From positions 1 through 26,169 of the IMG/VR virus record IMGVR_UViG_3300007622_000019: a stretch of DNA of 26,169 bases, one strand, 5' to 3'. This DNA comes from a virus. Taxonomy: Duplodnaviria > Caudoviricetes. The position numbers and the translations under genes were made by a program. Positions 1 to 9,437 of this stretch are shown here, one piece after another. How positions within the stretch are numbered: the stretch's first letter is position 1; the number at the start of each line of letters is the position of its first letter. A model generated the notes under the pieces. The model was not told the DNA's origin. It searched no databases and saw nothing but the letters and a program-made list of their open reading frames with translations.

Positions 1-1350
1 AGAAGCTTGGTTAGCCAAAGATACATTACCCTGCATCTGCGAGCCTAAGACGCTGGAACCAGTTGTGGCGGCGGTATCGCGCATCCTGCCCATAACGTCA
101 GCCACTTTGTTGGCTCCGGCAATTCCTTCAGTACGACGGGCAACATCAATGGCATTGCGTTGCTCCATCTCTTGCTGTTGCATCTTCATATCTGCAGCGC
201 GTTTCTGTGCTTGTAACGCGGTATAAGCGGAGCCAGTACCCGACAAACCTTTGTACTGTCCCGCTTGACTAAACACGCGAATTAAATCATCTAACCCAGA
301 TGGTTTAGATTGGGTATACAAGTCACGAGCCGCTTTAATACGAGCCTCTTGTTCTTCACCGCCACGACCCGTTACGCCCATAGCTTCACGACGCGCCCTG
401 TCTTCTGCAATCAACTCAGCCTGATTGGGCGCTTTTAAAGCGGTAGAAACTGCGGCTTGCGCGGCAGGGTCGCTTAACGCCGGAATAGAAGGCAACCCTT
501 GCACACCCACATTCAAAGGGTCTTGAGTTTGCATTGGGCCCATTGGTTGTGCAGGGGGCTTGGTGCCTTGTTGCGCATTAAAAGATGCAGGTGGGCGGGG
601 TGGCGCAGGTGGACGAGGCGTTGCAGGCTCAGCCAAAACGTTTGTTGCTCTACTCTGACCAGAGGGAATGATTAACTCTCTTTCAGCAGGTGCGATAGCC
701 ATTAATTGCTTAATGCCCCCAACCTCTTTGCGATTCATAGCAGGACGATCAGCGCCTGCCGTAGACATTTCTGTTGCGTACGCCGCTTCTACATTAGCCA
801 AAGCAGCTTGCGCCCGTGCTAAATTTTCTTGTGCCGCTCGATAACCTTCTGGGTCATTCTTGCGTTGAATTAATCCATATGTACGAATCTTTGCCAGCGC
901 TTCTTTGGCCGCTTCTCTTGCACTATCTACTTCACCGCCGCTAGTAAAGGCAACAATACCACCACCGTCATAGTTAAAACTTACAGGCACGTTAGCCAAA
1001 CCACCACTTGCCATCATCATTTCTGCCTCTGGTTGCATTTCTGGCTTAGGCGTTCCTTCTGGAACAGGGCCACCCATAGGAGGAGGACTAGGCTGTTGCG
1101 CCATTTGTTGTTGGGCTTGTTGCAGGCCCATCAAGCCAGCCTTTTGCTCAATCTGCTCTTTAACACTGGGTTGTGGCCCCTTTGCTGCACCCTGCATAGC
1201 TTGCATCTTTTGCATACGCTGCATCTTTGCTTGCATCTCACCAGTTGCCAACCAGGGCGGAATAATGTCTGGGGCAAAGCCATTGGCATACTTTTCCAGC
1301 TCTTGCTGGGGCATGCTCTGTGCTAGCTCTTGTGCTTTAACGAGATTCAT
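1..1350 (-). CDS. Putative internal virion / DNA ejection protein (5' part only; runs off the left edge)
   Basis: Not in the ORF track. ATG at 1350 after AAGGTAAATT; the frame reads open by eye to base 1 (MNLVKAQELAQSMPQQELEKYANG...MMMASGGLANVPVSFNYDGGGIVAFTSGGEV...). Gln/Ala/Pro/Met-rich and helical; follows the other large genes after the nozzle. Confidence 0.7.
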   Translation of the reverse strand, partial: MNLVKAQELAQSMPQQELEKYANGFAPDIIPPWLATGEMQAKMQRMQKMQAMQGAAKGPQPSVKEQIEQKAGLMGLQQAQQQMAQQPSPPPMGGPVPEGTPKPEMQPEAEMMMASGGLANVPVSFNYDGGGIVAFTSGGEVDSAREAAKEALAKIRTYGLIQRKNDPEGYRAAQENLARAQAALANVEAAYATEMSTAGADRPAMNRKEVGGIKQLMAIAPAERELIIPSGQSRATNVLAEPATPRPPAPPRPPASFNAQQGTKPPAQPMGPMQTQDPLNVGVQGLPSIPALSDPAAQAAVSTALKAPNQAELIAEDRARREAMGVTGRGGEEQEARIKAARDLYTQSKPSGLDDLIRVFSQAGQYKGLSGTGSAYTALQAQKRAADMKMQQQEMEQRNAIDVARRTEGIAGANKVADVMGRMRDTAATTGSSVLGSQMQGNVSLANQAS

Positions 1351-1359
1351 AATTTACCT

Positions 1360-3462
1360 TTAAGGAGCTTTAATACCAAGGTTTGCCAAAGTTTTATACA
1401 ACGATGCCAAGCCAGCTACATCAGTTTGCAATTTAGATAGGGTGTCTTGATTAGTAGACGTTGTAGTGGCACCAATTGGCAAGCCTTCAACCAACTTACG
1501 TTGGAACTCAACCATGTTATATGGATGCGCTTGCTGTTCTTCAAACTGCCTCTTATCCGCGGCAATACCTTCAGCGGTAATACCTCGCTGAGTTTCACCA
1601 GCCCTCATCAAATCAGACAGCGATTTCAGACCAAAATCTGCGCTGTATTGGCGTGATGCTTCATTGGCGGCTTGTGCTTGTTGCCCGTACTGAGCAGTGT
1701 TCTGCGCACCGGTCATACCTAGCGTAGAGCCAAATTGATTCTCCGCCATCTTACGTGCTTGGTCAGCATTAAACTGAGCCGTGGCTTTGTCATAAGCTGT
1801 GTTGTAGCCTGTGCCCACAATATTGGAAAGGTTAGCACCCAAAGAACGTTGGGTTTCCGCATCCATAATTGCTTGGCGGCCACCACCAAACGCGCCAGCT
1901 TGCGTTGCTCTGCCTGCATTTTGTTGCTGGGTAATCAACGATTGGCGGCGAGCTTCCTCAATCTGCGGGTTTAACGACGCTTGCAAATACGGGTTCATGT
2001 ATTTGTTTGCCGAAGCCACATCAAAGTCTGTAGTGTTTGATTTGTATGCGCCAGGGTTAGTAAACTGATTGGTAAAACTTCCTGGTTGATAACCTGCCGC
2101 CGCTGTTTCGCTAAGCCCTGCAAAGCCTTGGGTTTGCAAGTCAGACGCACCAGCCGTCAACGGCCCTTTGTAGGCTTGGAATGGCGCTTTAGCTAGAGCC
2201 GCACCTTGACCTAAGAAGTTGGTAACGTAATCGCCCGCCCACGGGGACAGGGAAGAAGTCTTAGATGTATCCAATGGAACACCAACAACTTTACTGTCGG
2301 TAGTACCATCAAACCCTTTAACCGTACCGCCAGCCATATAAGCCAAAGCCAAACCACCAGGCATAAATTTGTCTGGGTTAATTCTCTTACCTTGCTTTTC
2401 GTTACCCGTGCGGGCTTTGCGAATGCGGGCCATCATTTGATACAGCTTCTCTGCACCAGCATCTGAGTTGCCATTACCTAAATGCGACACTACATCCGCA
2501 GGAATTACAAACTCACCGTGGCTTAAAGCCGCTTCTTGGTTGCCGTCAATTCTAGATGGGATCTCATCGGCCATGCCATCAGTAGCGCCTTGCAAATAAC
2601 GTGGATTAGCAATACCGCCAGCGGCCATTGGAATTTTATAGTTAGGGTCCATAAGTTGCTGTTGAGTTGGTGCCACAGGTAAAGCCGCGGCAATACCGGT
2701 AGGCGGGGTAGTAACCGTATCTGTTGTTGCGCCGGTTGTAGTGCCTGGTTTGGTAACGGCTGGGGCTGGGTTATAGTCCCGCTTCATCTTACCGGCGTAT
2801 GGATTTGCTATAGGCGCAGGGGCTGGTTTGTATGCCGCCAAAATACCTTTTGCTTGCGCATCAGAAGCGGCCTGGGCACCAGCTAACGCTTCCGCATCAT
2901 TATCTTTGGCGTATCGTGGGTCAGTAAAGTACTGACGTCCGGCTTCACCAGGGCGACGGTTAGGGTCGGTATAGTCAATTTGCTGACGTACCGCATCTAG
3001 TTTAGGTACGGGTACGTTGTATCCGCCTTCGTCTTTTTTCTTGGTTAACGCATATGCGCCGATGCCAAGTGTCAATAACTTAGCGGGATCAAATTGGCCG
3101 TTTGTTTTAAGCAAATCAAGCGCTTTTGAACCATATTTTTTTACATAGCTAAGCAGGGAGTTGTCGCCACCAGCAAAGTTTCCGTCTTTGTCTGTGAACC
3201 CGCCTTTTTCTGTGTTGTATGTAAAGTCAGTGCCCTTGGCATCTTTAAAAGTTAAGTTGCCAGAGGCGTCAAGCTTATAGGCATTGCCAACTTCATCTTG
3301 CAAAAACCCTTGTCCGGCAAGAGCTTCGGATGAAGTCAAGTCATGATCTGGGGTTTCACTTATTGTGTCATTCATGCCATCGTCGTAGCACTGTTCTTCA
3401 ATAATGGGGCGGCCATCATCTTTATCGTAATCAACAATAACGTCTTCGCAAATTCGTGTCAT
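1360..3462 (-). CDS. Putative internal virion / DNA ejection (pilot-like) protein, multi-domain
   Basis: 700-aa ORF. Central GATDGMADEIP...LSHGEFVIPADVV block, a motif type I recognise from phage virion and tape-measure-associated proteins. The C-terminal Gln/Ala/Gly-rich region (YMNPYLQ...AGAFGGGRQA) is typical of podovirus DNA-transfer proteins. Confidence 0.65.
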   Translation of the reverse strand: MTRICEDVIVDYDKDDGRPIIEEQCYDDGMNDTISETPDHDLTSSEALAGQGFLQDEVGNAYKLDASGNLTFKDAKGTDFTYNTEKGGFTDKDGNFAGGDNSLLSYVKKYGSKALDLLKTNGQFDPAKLLTLGIGAYALTKKKDEGGYNVPVPKLDAVRQQIDYTDPNRRPGEAGRQYFTDPRYAKDNDAEALAGAQAASDAQAKGILAAYKPAPAPIANPYAGKMKRDYNPAPAVTKPGTTTGATTDTVTTPPTGIAAALPVAPTQQQLMDPNYKIPMAAGGIANPRYLQGATDGMADEIPSRIDGNQEAALSHGEFVIPADVVSHLGNGNSDAGAEKLYQMMARIRKARTGNEKQGKRINPDKFMPGGLALAYMAGGTVKGFDGTTDSKVVGVPLDTSKTSSLSPWAGDYVTNFLGQGAALAKAPFQAYKGPLTAGASDLQTQGFAGLSETAAAGYQPGSFTNQFTNPGAYKSNTTDFDVASANKYMNPYLQASLNPQIEEARRQSLITQQQNAGRATQAGAFGGGRQAIMDAETQRSLGANLSNIVGTGYNTAYDKATAQFNADQARKMAENQFGSTLGMTGAQNTAQYGQQAQAANEASRQYSADFGLKSLSDLMRAGETQRGITAEGIAADKRQFEEQQAHPYNMVEFQRKLVEGLPIGATTTSTNQDTLSKLQTDVAGLASLYKTLANLGIKAP

Positions 3463-3472
3463 CTTGAGTCCT

Positions 3473-6400
3473 TTAGCGTAAAAGTTTCAGCAGATCATCT
3501 ACCGTTATCTGCTCCGCCAGCAGGCTATCAAGATACCCACCGGTTGCCATTTTAGTATCTTGTTGACTTTGCTGTGTATCTTTTTTGGCGGGCTTTTCGC
3601 CAAGCAAATCTTCTAGCGTCGCAAACAAGTTGAAATCCGACATGCCTTTTGCATAAATTGGAGAAGTCGTATCGACAGGCGCTGCACCAGAAGATGAAAA
3701 CACGTTGGTAACATTAGTTACTGGAGTGGTAGGTTTGACGGGGGGAACAACCACGGGAGGTTTCACCACTGGAGGAGTAACTGGTTTATCTACGCATTTA
3801 CCTTGCGCCTCGTCCCACTGTTGGTTTGGCAACAAACAGGTTTTGTCAATAATTTTAGTATCGTCAACGCACTTGTCTAAAATGAGGTCCCAGTGCCGGC
3901 CAATTCCGCAGTTAATGTTTACGCAGTCGCCTTTGGCATTGCGTTCTTTTCCGGGGCCGCAGGTGGTAATGGTAACCGTATCATCTTTAACGCAGCTACG
4001 ACCATCGGTCCCACGTTTATAGCCGGGAGCGCAAATATAAACGCAGGTCTTGCCATCGGGGCCAAGTTCTTTACCCGGACCGCAAGTAGTAACTACAACC
4101 GTTTCGTCTTTAACGCAACTAATGCCATCAGACCCGCGCTTGTAACCAGGGAGGCAGTCTTTAATTACAACCGTGTCATCTTCTTTAACGCAAGTTATGC
4201 CATCTAGTCCACGGACATATCCTGGTTTGCATATATCAATACAAGTTTTACCATCGGGGCCAAGCTCCTTGCCGGTGCCGCAAGTAGTGATTACAACTTC
4301 GTCATCTTTGACGCAAGTTATGCCGTCTGGCCCACGTTTAAAACCTGGCTTACAAGGTTCGGGCGTGACAACAGCGTCGGCTTCGCATTTATTTAGAATT
4401 GGATTCCAATGGTTGCCAACACCACAATCAATAGGTTTGCATTCTCCGGCGGCGTTGCGCACAAACCCTTCTGGACAAGTGTTAACAACCACCGTGTCAT
4501 CTTTGACGCAACTAATTCCATCTGGCCCACGTTTGTATCCTGGCTGGCATGGCGTTAATTCATCAGGTATCTTTACACATGTAATACCGTCAGGCCCGCG
4601 TTCGTACCCCGGCTTACATATATCAATACAGTCTTTACCATTAGGATGGCGTTCTGTTCCAGTGCCGCAAGCTTCAACCACAACATTGGCTATACACGAT
4701 TTACCATCTGCGCTCAGCTTCTCGTCTGGCTTACAAACAAGAGGGGTGTCTGGTTTCTTGACGCAAGTAATGCCGTCGTTCCCGCGAACATATCCTTCTC
4801 CGCACGGCTTTAACATACAAGTCATGCCGTCTGGTCCGCGTTCAAATCCGGTGGCGCATTTAGGCACGCAATCTCCGGCAGCGTTCTTCTCTTCGTTTGC
4901 TCCACACTTAACTGTTACGGGAGGGATAACCGCGTCTAGCTCACACTTTTTAGTAACAGGGTCCCAATGCTTACCCGTACCGCACTCAATAGGTTTGCAC
5001 TCCCCAGCGGCGTTACGTGTAAACCCATCTGGACACGCTGTTACGGTAACGGTGTCGGGGGTTTTGGTGTCGGTGCCAGTGCTAGGAGTAACTGTTGCAG
5101 GAGCTTTTAGCTCGCATTTCTTAGTCACTGGGTCCCAGTATTTACCATCACCGCAATCAATATCTACGCATTTACCGGCGGCGTTTCGCACCTGCCCATC
5201 AGGACAAGAGGTTACGATAACAGTGTCGGGGGTTTTGGTAGTAGTTCCGCCACCCGCAGTAACCGTGCCGGGAGGAGTTACAGGTGTTGTGGTGCCAGGA
5301 GCTGTAACTACAACCGTATCGTCGCGATAGTTAATTTGATCCAGAATGTCTTGATTGCTCAGGCCGCTGGTAAGTTCATCAACACTGTAAATACCAATAG
5401 ACCGCAGGAACGCGGCCATTTCATCATCTTCTGTACCAGGTGTCGTCTTTGCAAAAGCATCAAGATCGCCAATTGCGCCTTTAAACAAATCAATGTCGGC
5501 GTTTATTTGATCGTTACCAGTTAACGTTGCAGAAGGGGCTAACCACGCATTGGTTGTTGCATCAAAAAATGAACCGGTAGGCTTGGTGTCTGATTCAGAA
5601 GAAGAAAGTATTCGGTATCCAAACGGAATTTGAAGATCAGCAGCGCGGCTGTCTTCCAAATAAATTGGCCGACCTTTTACGTCACCAACGGTAAATACGC
5701 CGGTCCCCGCATCAGACGCAGTCCCCGTTCCAGCGCCTGCTACTTGTACGCCACCGGTTCCTGGGGTACCTGCATCGCTAGTTGTAGTCTTAGTTTTTTG
5801 AGCACGGCGGTAGTCTAGTAAGCCACGGGTACCGTCTGCGTCGTAAGCGGCTTTTTCGGCTTCCGACAGTTCGTCAATATCTTCTTGCAGTAGTGGTGCA
5901 TATTTTTTGTTATCTGCAATTGCTTCTTGAGCCGTTGACGAAGCCAAGCTTGTCACAGCATTCATCAAGTTCTGCTCTAACGGTTTGCCAGATAGTGTTC
6001 CTGAAATTGTAGTTCGCAGCGCAGATTTCTGATTTTTAGTCAGACCGCTAAGATCCATATTATTCATGATGATGTCGGCAACACCACCTATACCACCACT
6101 CTTAGCACCAGCTAACGCGGCGGTCAGTAAGTCCTGACCCGTCAGCAAACCAGTAGTGGCGCCAACCACTGTGCCAGTAAACACTTTAGTCAATGTTCCC
6201 GTTGCATCAACCGTAGCTAGATACTTGTTAGCATCTTTCATGAAATCCGTACTAGGGATGGCCGCGCTAACATAAGAAACAGCGGCTCTCTTTAGCGCAT
6301 CTTTTGGCTCCACACCGCTAAACATGTCGATTGCAAACTTAGCCGCAATCTGTTGAGGTATTGTCAAACCGCCCGTAGCTACGGCAATTAGAATATTACC

Positions 6401-7186
6401 GATGGGGCCAATGTCTTGCAGTAAAATTGCAAGATCATTTGAGGTGGCCTTGGTTGTAAAAAAATATGGTGTGCCATCATCTGAAAACTTAACGCGGTAG
6501 CCTGTGTTTCCGCTACCGTCAAACGTGCCGCCAAAAGCATTGCCTGTCTGACGTTCGCCGTATGTACTGGCAACTTCTTGCCCGGTAAGTTTGTTACCAA
6601 ATACTTCTTGTTTGCCCACGGGTGCAACGTAAACAGTCTCGTAACTGGTGTTATCACCGCTACCAACTTGGGCAAGCTCACTTTTAACTAATTTTGGGTC
6701 AACAGGGTTTCCGTCTTGATCGGTATAACCAACAATTTTGCTTTCAATAATTTCGTTGTATTCGTTGTCATAGCCAGTTACAGTTCGCTCATATTGCGGA
6801 ATAACAGCAGCATCAGCAGTTTTAGTAATTGTGCCAAAATCTTTAATATCAGTAATACCAACGGCGGTCATAATAGCCGCCATGTCTTCAGCATTTGCCT
6901 GAGCTGAACCTTTGCCCTCACCTTTCCATTGTGAAGACAGACCTTGGTCCATGATCTGCTGAGCAATATTTTTAATGTTTGCGGCTAGACCATCAGCGCC
7001 GGGACGCCAAGTTTCGTTTTTACCGTAGTTACTGTAATGGTATGTAGCGTAGGATTCGGGTGTCCACCGAGCAGGTTCTTTTGCACGGAATTGATCGTAT
7101 TCAGCTTTAATATCTGGGTTGGCATTCAGATATTTTTGCGCAGCATCAGCAACGTATGTTTTGCTAGTAGATTTTGTGGTTGCCAT
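3473..7186 (-). CDS. Large putative virion protein with cysteine-rich repeat region
   Basis: ORF track gives 3473..7201. ATG at 7186 overlaps the upstream stop (TAATG), giving 1237 aa. It has a Gly/Ala hydrophobic middle, Thr/Pro linkers, 22 two-Cys modules and a C-terminal KMATGG. Confidence 0.7.
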   Translation of the reverse strand: MATTKSTSKTYVADAAQKYLNANPDIKAEYDQFRAKEPARWTPESYATYHYSNYGKNETWRPGADGLAANIKNIAQQIMDQGLSSQWKGEGKGSAQANAEDMAAIMTAVGITDIKDFGTITKTADAAVIPQYERTVTGYDNEYNEIIESKIVGYTDQDGNPVDPKLVKSELAQVGSGDNTSYETVYVAPVGKQEVFGNKLTGQEVASTYGERQTGNAFGGTFDGSGNTGYRVKFSDDGTPYFFTTKATSNDLAILLQDIGPIGNILIAVATGGLTIPQQIAAKFAIDMFSGVEPKDALKRAAVSYVSAAIPSTDFMKDANKYLATVDATGTLTKVFTGTVVGATTGLLTGQDLLTAALAGAKSGGIGGVADIIMNNMDLSGLTKNQKSALRTTISGTLSGKPLEQNLMNAVTSLASSTAQEAIADNKKYAPLLQEDIDELSEAEKAAYDADGTRGLLDYRRAQKTKTTTSDAGTPGTGGVQVAGAGTGTASDAGTGVFTVGDVKGRPIYLEDSRAADLQIPFGYRILSSSESDTKPTGSFFDATTNAWLAPSATLTGNDQINADIDLFKGAIGDLDAFAKTTPGTEDDEMAAFLRSIGIYSVDELTSGLSNQDILDQINYRDDTVVVTAPGTTTPVTPPGTVTAGGGTTTKTPDTVIVTSCPDGQVRNAAGKCVDIDCGDGKYWDPVTKKCELKAPATVTPSTGTDTKTPDTVTVTACPDGFTRNAAGECKPIECGTGKHWDPVTKKCELDAVIPPVTVKCGANEEKNAAGDCVPKCATGFERGPDGMTCMLKPCGEGYVRGNDGITCVKKPDTPLVCKPDEKLSADGKSCIANVVVEACGTGTERHPNGKDCIDICKPGYERGPDGITCVKIPDELTPCQPGYKRGPDGISCVKDDTVVVNTCPEGFVRNAAGECKPIDCGVGNHWNPILNKCEADAVVTPEPCKPGFKRGPDGITCVKDDEVVITTCGTGKELGPDGKTCIDICKPGYVRGLDGITCVKEDDTVVIKDCLPGYKRGSDGISCVKDETVVVTTCGPGKELGPDGKTCVYICAPGYKRGTDGRSCVKDDTVTITTCGPGKERNAKGDCVNINCGIGRHWDLILDKCVDDTKIIDKTCLLPNQQWDEAQGKCVDKPVTPPVVKPPVVVPPVKPTTPVTNVTNVFSSSGAAPVDTTSPIYAKGMSDFNLFATLEDLLGEKPAKKDTQQSQQDTKMATGGYLDSLLAEQITVDDLLKLLR
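3794..5206 (-). repeat. Coding repeat array of 22 C-x(11-13)-C modules
   Basis: Three interleaved subtypes: CxxGYxRGPDGITC, CPxGxxRNAAGxC and CGxGxHWDPxxxKC, separated by DDTVVVTT-type spacers. Confidence 0.9.
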
Positions 7187-7533
7187 TACCCGACCTTCCA
7201 ATTGGTGCCGTCAGAATATACCGGCACAGCTACGGCACCACCAGTTACAACGGTTGCTCCAAACGTTGGAGTCAACGCATCCGTGACAAAAGACCTGGCA
7301 CCTGCGCCAGAAGTTACCGCGCTGGGCAGTGTGGCAACAGTGTAGTTTACAAGCGGCGGAATTATGTTAGTTGTTAAAAGCTGTGCATTTATTGCATCTA
7401 AACGATTAAAGTACAAACGCAATACATTGGTTAATTGGTCAAAATATTGAACGTTGTATGCTGCTGTAGGCAACGGTAAATTAGGCGCAACCACTCGGTT
7501 GAGCTCGTTAGTAGAAGTAACTACATAACTCAT
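7186..7533 (-). CDS. Small tail-associated protein (needle/plug-like position)
   Basis: 115 aa with an N-terminal amphipathic helix (YFDQLTNVLRLYFNRLD) and a C-terminal VYSDGTNW beta motif common in phage tail proteins. Coupled to the nozzle-like gene by an ATGA overlap. Confidence 0.55.
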   Translation of the reverse strand: MSYVVTSTNELNRVVAPNLPLPTAAYNVQYFDQLTNVLRLYFNRLDAINAQLLTTNIIPPLVNYTVATLPSAVTSGAGARSFVTDALTPTFGATVVTGGAVAVPVYSDGTNWKVG

Positions 7534-9428
7534 GTATTACCCCGTCTTCCATCTGGCTTAATGTCAATACGTGGTGCGCCTAACTGCCACTGCGTACCTA
7601 GTGTATTGCAGTCAATCTGAAACACCATTTGACGCCCACGAAGACGCATAAATACTTGACCCGTAAACTCTTGTATGTTTACAGCGGATGTCCGTTGCAC
7701 TGTTGCTGCCGCAGTTCCAGCGGTAGACGTTGGGTCGTTAGCGCCAGTTCCTGAGTTTTGAAATGGGATCAAAGTCAAAGTCACTTGGGGGGTGGTATTA
7801 GATGTGGATGTACGGAAAGTTAAGTCAGGCAACACCCGGTAAATAAACCCAAAATTCTGCCCGTCATCTATGTCAAATTGAGATGACGAAATGGTCGAAG
7901 TAATTGCTGTGGGCGTCTGCGACTCGTTGTTGTCAATCCCTTCTTCGTGATTGACTAAGTTGTTGCTGTATGTTGCCGCAACAGGGTAATCGCGAAGGCC
8001 AGAATCAATCCAGGCTGTGCGGCCTAGGTCAGTACCGTAATACCAGATGTCTTCACCGTAATTGTAAATAACGTAGCGATCAATAGCGTTGCTGTTAGTT
8101 GAACAATAGAACCACCACACTTCGTTAAAACCTTCGCTTGTACTGGCAAAAATTTGAACATTTTGTGATTGGTTAATATCGCTAAATATGTACTCGCGCA
8201 GGTCGCAACGCAATGTTGCTAAACGACCATCGTACTTATAAAATTTATCAACCCCCATCCAGTACACAATCCCAGAGCCAATTGCCACCGCGTTAGGGCC
8301 TTGGATTGATATATTGTCACCAAGCAACTGAGCGCCCCACACGGTAGGGGGGCCCTGGTATTGCAAAGAATACAAGCTGGAATCGGTAAAAACTACAATC
8401 TCTTGCCGAGCCTGGATGGCTGTAACAATTTCTGAACCGTGCGATAGCTGCAAACTTCCAGCCTGGTTAGTTGCGGCGGGCGTCCACGTAATAATTGATT
8501 CTTGATCAGACCAACGAATTAACATTGGATTTAAAGTTGAGCTTCCATAATCGTCACAGCCAAACGCAAACGTAAACCTGCTTTGGTCAGACACAAAGAT
8601 AAAGTTAACTACAGAGGGTACTTCAGCGTCTGCGCTGGGTAAACTGGAAACCAAAACAGCGCGTGTTGCGAGGCCAGCAGTAGCATCCCATATGTAAATA
8701 GGGCCGCCCCGGTAAGCAAAAATTAAATCTTCACCAAAATTATTTTGGCTATAAACACGCAGCGGAACTGTGCCGGATACGCCAACACCCCAAGTTCCAG
8801 CGCCCCAAGCGCCCGCGCCCCAGCCTGAAATAGGCACTTCAACCGACGCGGAAACACTTAACTGATACGCGGCTGAAACAGCGGAACCACCGTACGACCC
8901 CGCTACGATTGCCGCGCCCGCGTTAATTGTGTACGAGTTAGCGGTAACCACTGTTATTGTAAACTCGGCATTAAAGGTGGTTGCGTACGTTCCTGTAGCG
9001 CCACTAAAAGTTACATAGTCGCCGGTGTTACCGCCATGCGCAGCGGCAGTTACCGTAACTGTGCTGGTTCCATTACCGGTAAACGGGTTAGCGCCGAGCG
9101 TGGTAGTTACGCGAAGTGGGGTAATATCAAAGTAAGACCCGTCGCGCTCTATGTAAACTTTAATGTTAGTGGGCACGCCCATCAAATTTAAGCCCGCCAA
9201 CGTCACCCAATTCCACAGAGATCGGCATACGCCAAGGAACGTAAAGTTAGAAACACGGGTCCAACCACCAAGTTTCTCAGGCATTCCAGCGCGGAATCGA
9301 ATCTTGTTGGCGTCGTACCACCCACCAGCTACGTTGGTAGTGGCACTGACAGACCCCAAAGCCTCGGATGCGTACCGTGTATTTTCTCGGTTAACCCCCG
9401 GGCGGAATAGAATCTTTTTAAGTGCCAT
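7530..9428 (-). CDS. Tail nozzle / tail tubular protein B-like (P22 gp10 / T7 gp12 functional class)
   Basis: 632 aa, beta-rich with propeller-like blades (IRWSDQE, VYWMG, EVWWFY, RYVIYNY, RTAW). Size and position before the ejection genes fit podovirus architecture. Confidence 0.7.
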   Translation of the reverse strand: MALKKILFRPGVNRENTRYASEALGSVSATTNVAGGWYDANKIRFRAGMPEKLGGWTRVSNFTFLGVCRSLWNWVTLAGLNLMGVPTNIKVYIERDGSYFDITPLRVTTTLGANPFTGNGTSTVTVTAAAHGGNTGDYVTFSGATGTYATTFNAEFTITVVTANSYTINAGAAIVAGSYGGSAVSAAYQLSVSASVEVPISGWGAGAWGAGTWGVGVSGTVPLRVYSQNNFGEDLIFAYRGGPIYIWDATAGLATRAVLVSSLPSADAEVPSVVNFIFVSDQSRFTFAFGCDDYGSSTLNPMLIRWSDQESIITWTPAATNQAGSLQLSHGSEIVTAIQARQEIVVFTDSSLYSLQYQGPPTVWGAQLLGDNISIQGPNAVAIGSGIVYWMGVDKFYKYDGRLATLRCDLREYIFSDINQSQNVQIFASTSEGFNEVWWFYCSTNSNAIDRYVIYNYGEDIWYYGTDLGRTAWIDSGLRDYPVAATYSNNLVNHEEGIDNNESQTPTAITSTISSSQFDIDDGQNFGFIYRVLPDLTFRTSTSNTTPQVTLTLIPFQNSGTGANDPTSTAGTAAATVQRTSAVNIQEFTGQVFMRLRGRQMVFQIDCNTLGTQWQLGAPRIDIKPDGRRGNT

Positions 9429-9437
9429 CGGTCAATC

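Noticed and set aside
3412-3432. DYDKDDG resembles a FLAG tag
   Set aside because: It is not DYKDDDDK and there is no vector context; a coincidental acidic loop.
3794-5206. Possible CRISPR array or DGR template/variable repeat pair
   Set aside because: The repeats are degenerate at synonymous positions and in frame, with no constant repeat-spacer pattern. I saw no adenine-specific mismatch pair and no reverse transcriptase in the window.
4173-5330. 385-aa plus-strand ORF (and 3705..4022)
   Set aside because: Antisense shadow of the Cys-repeat region. Its repeats mirror the minus-strand codons, and it opposes an otherwise uniform minus-strand operon.
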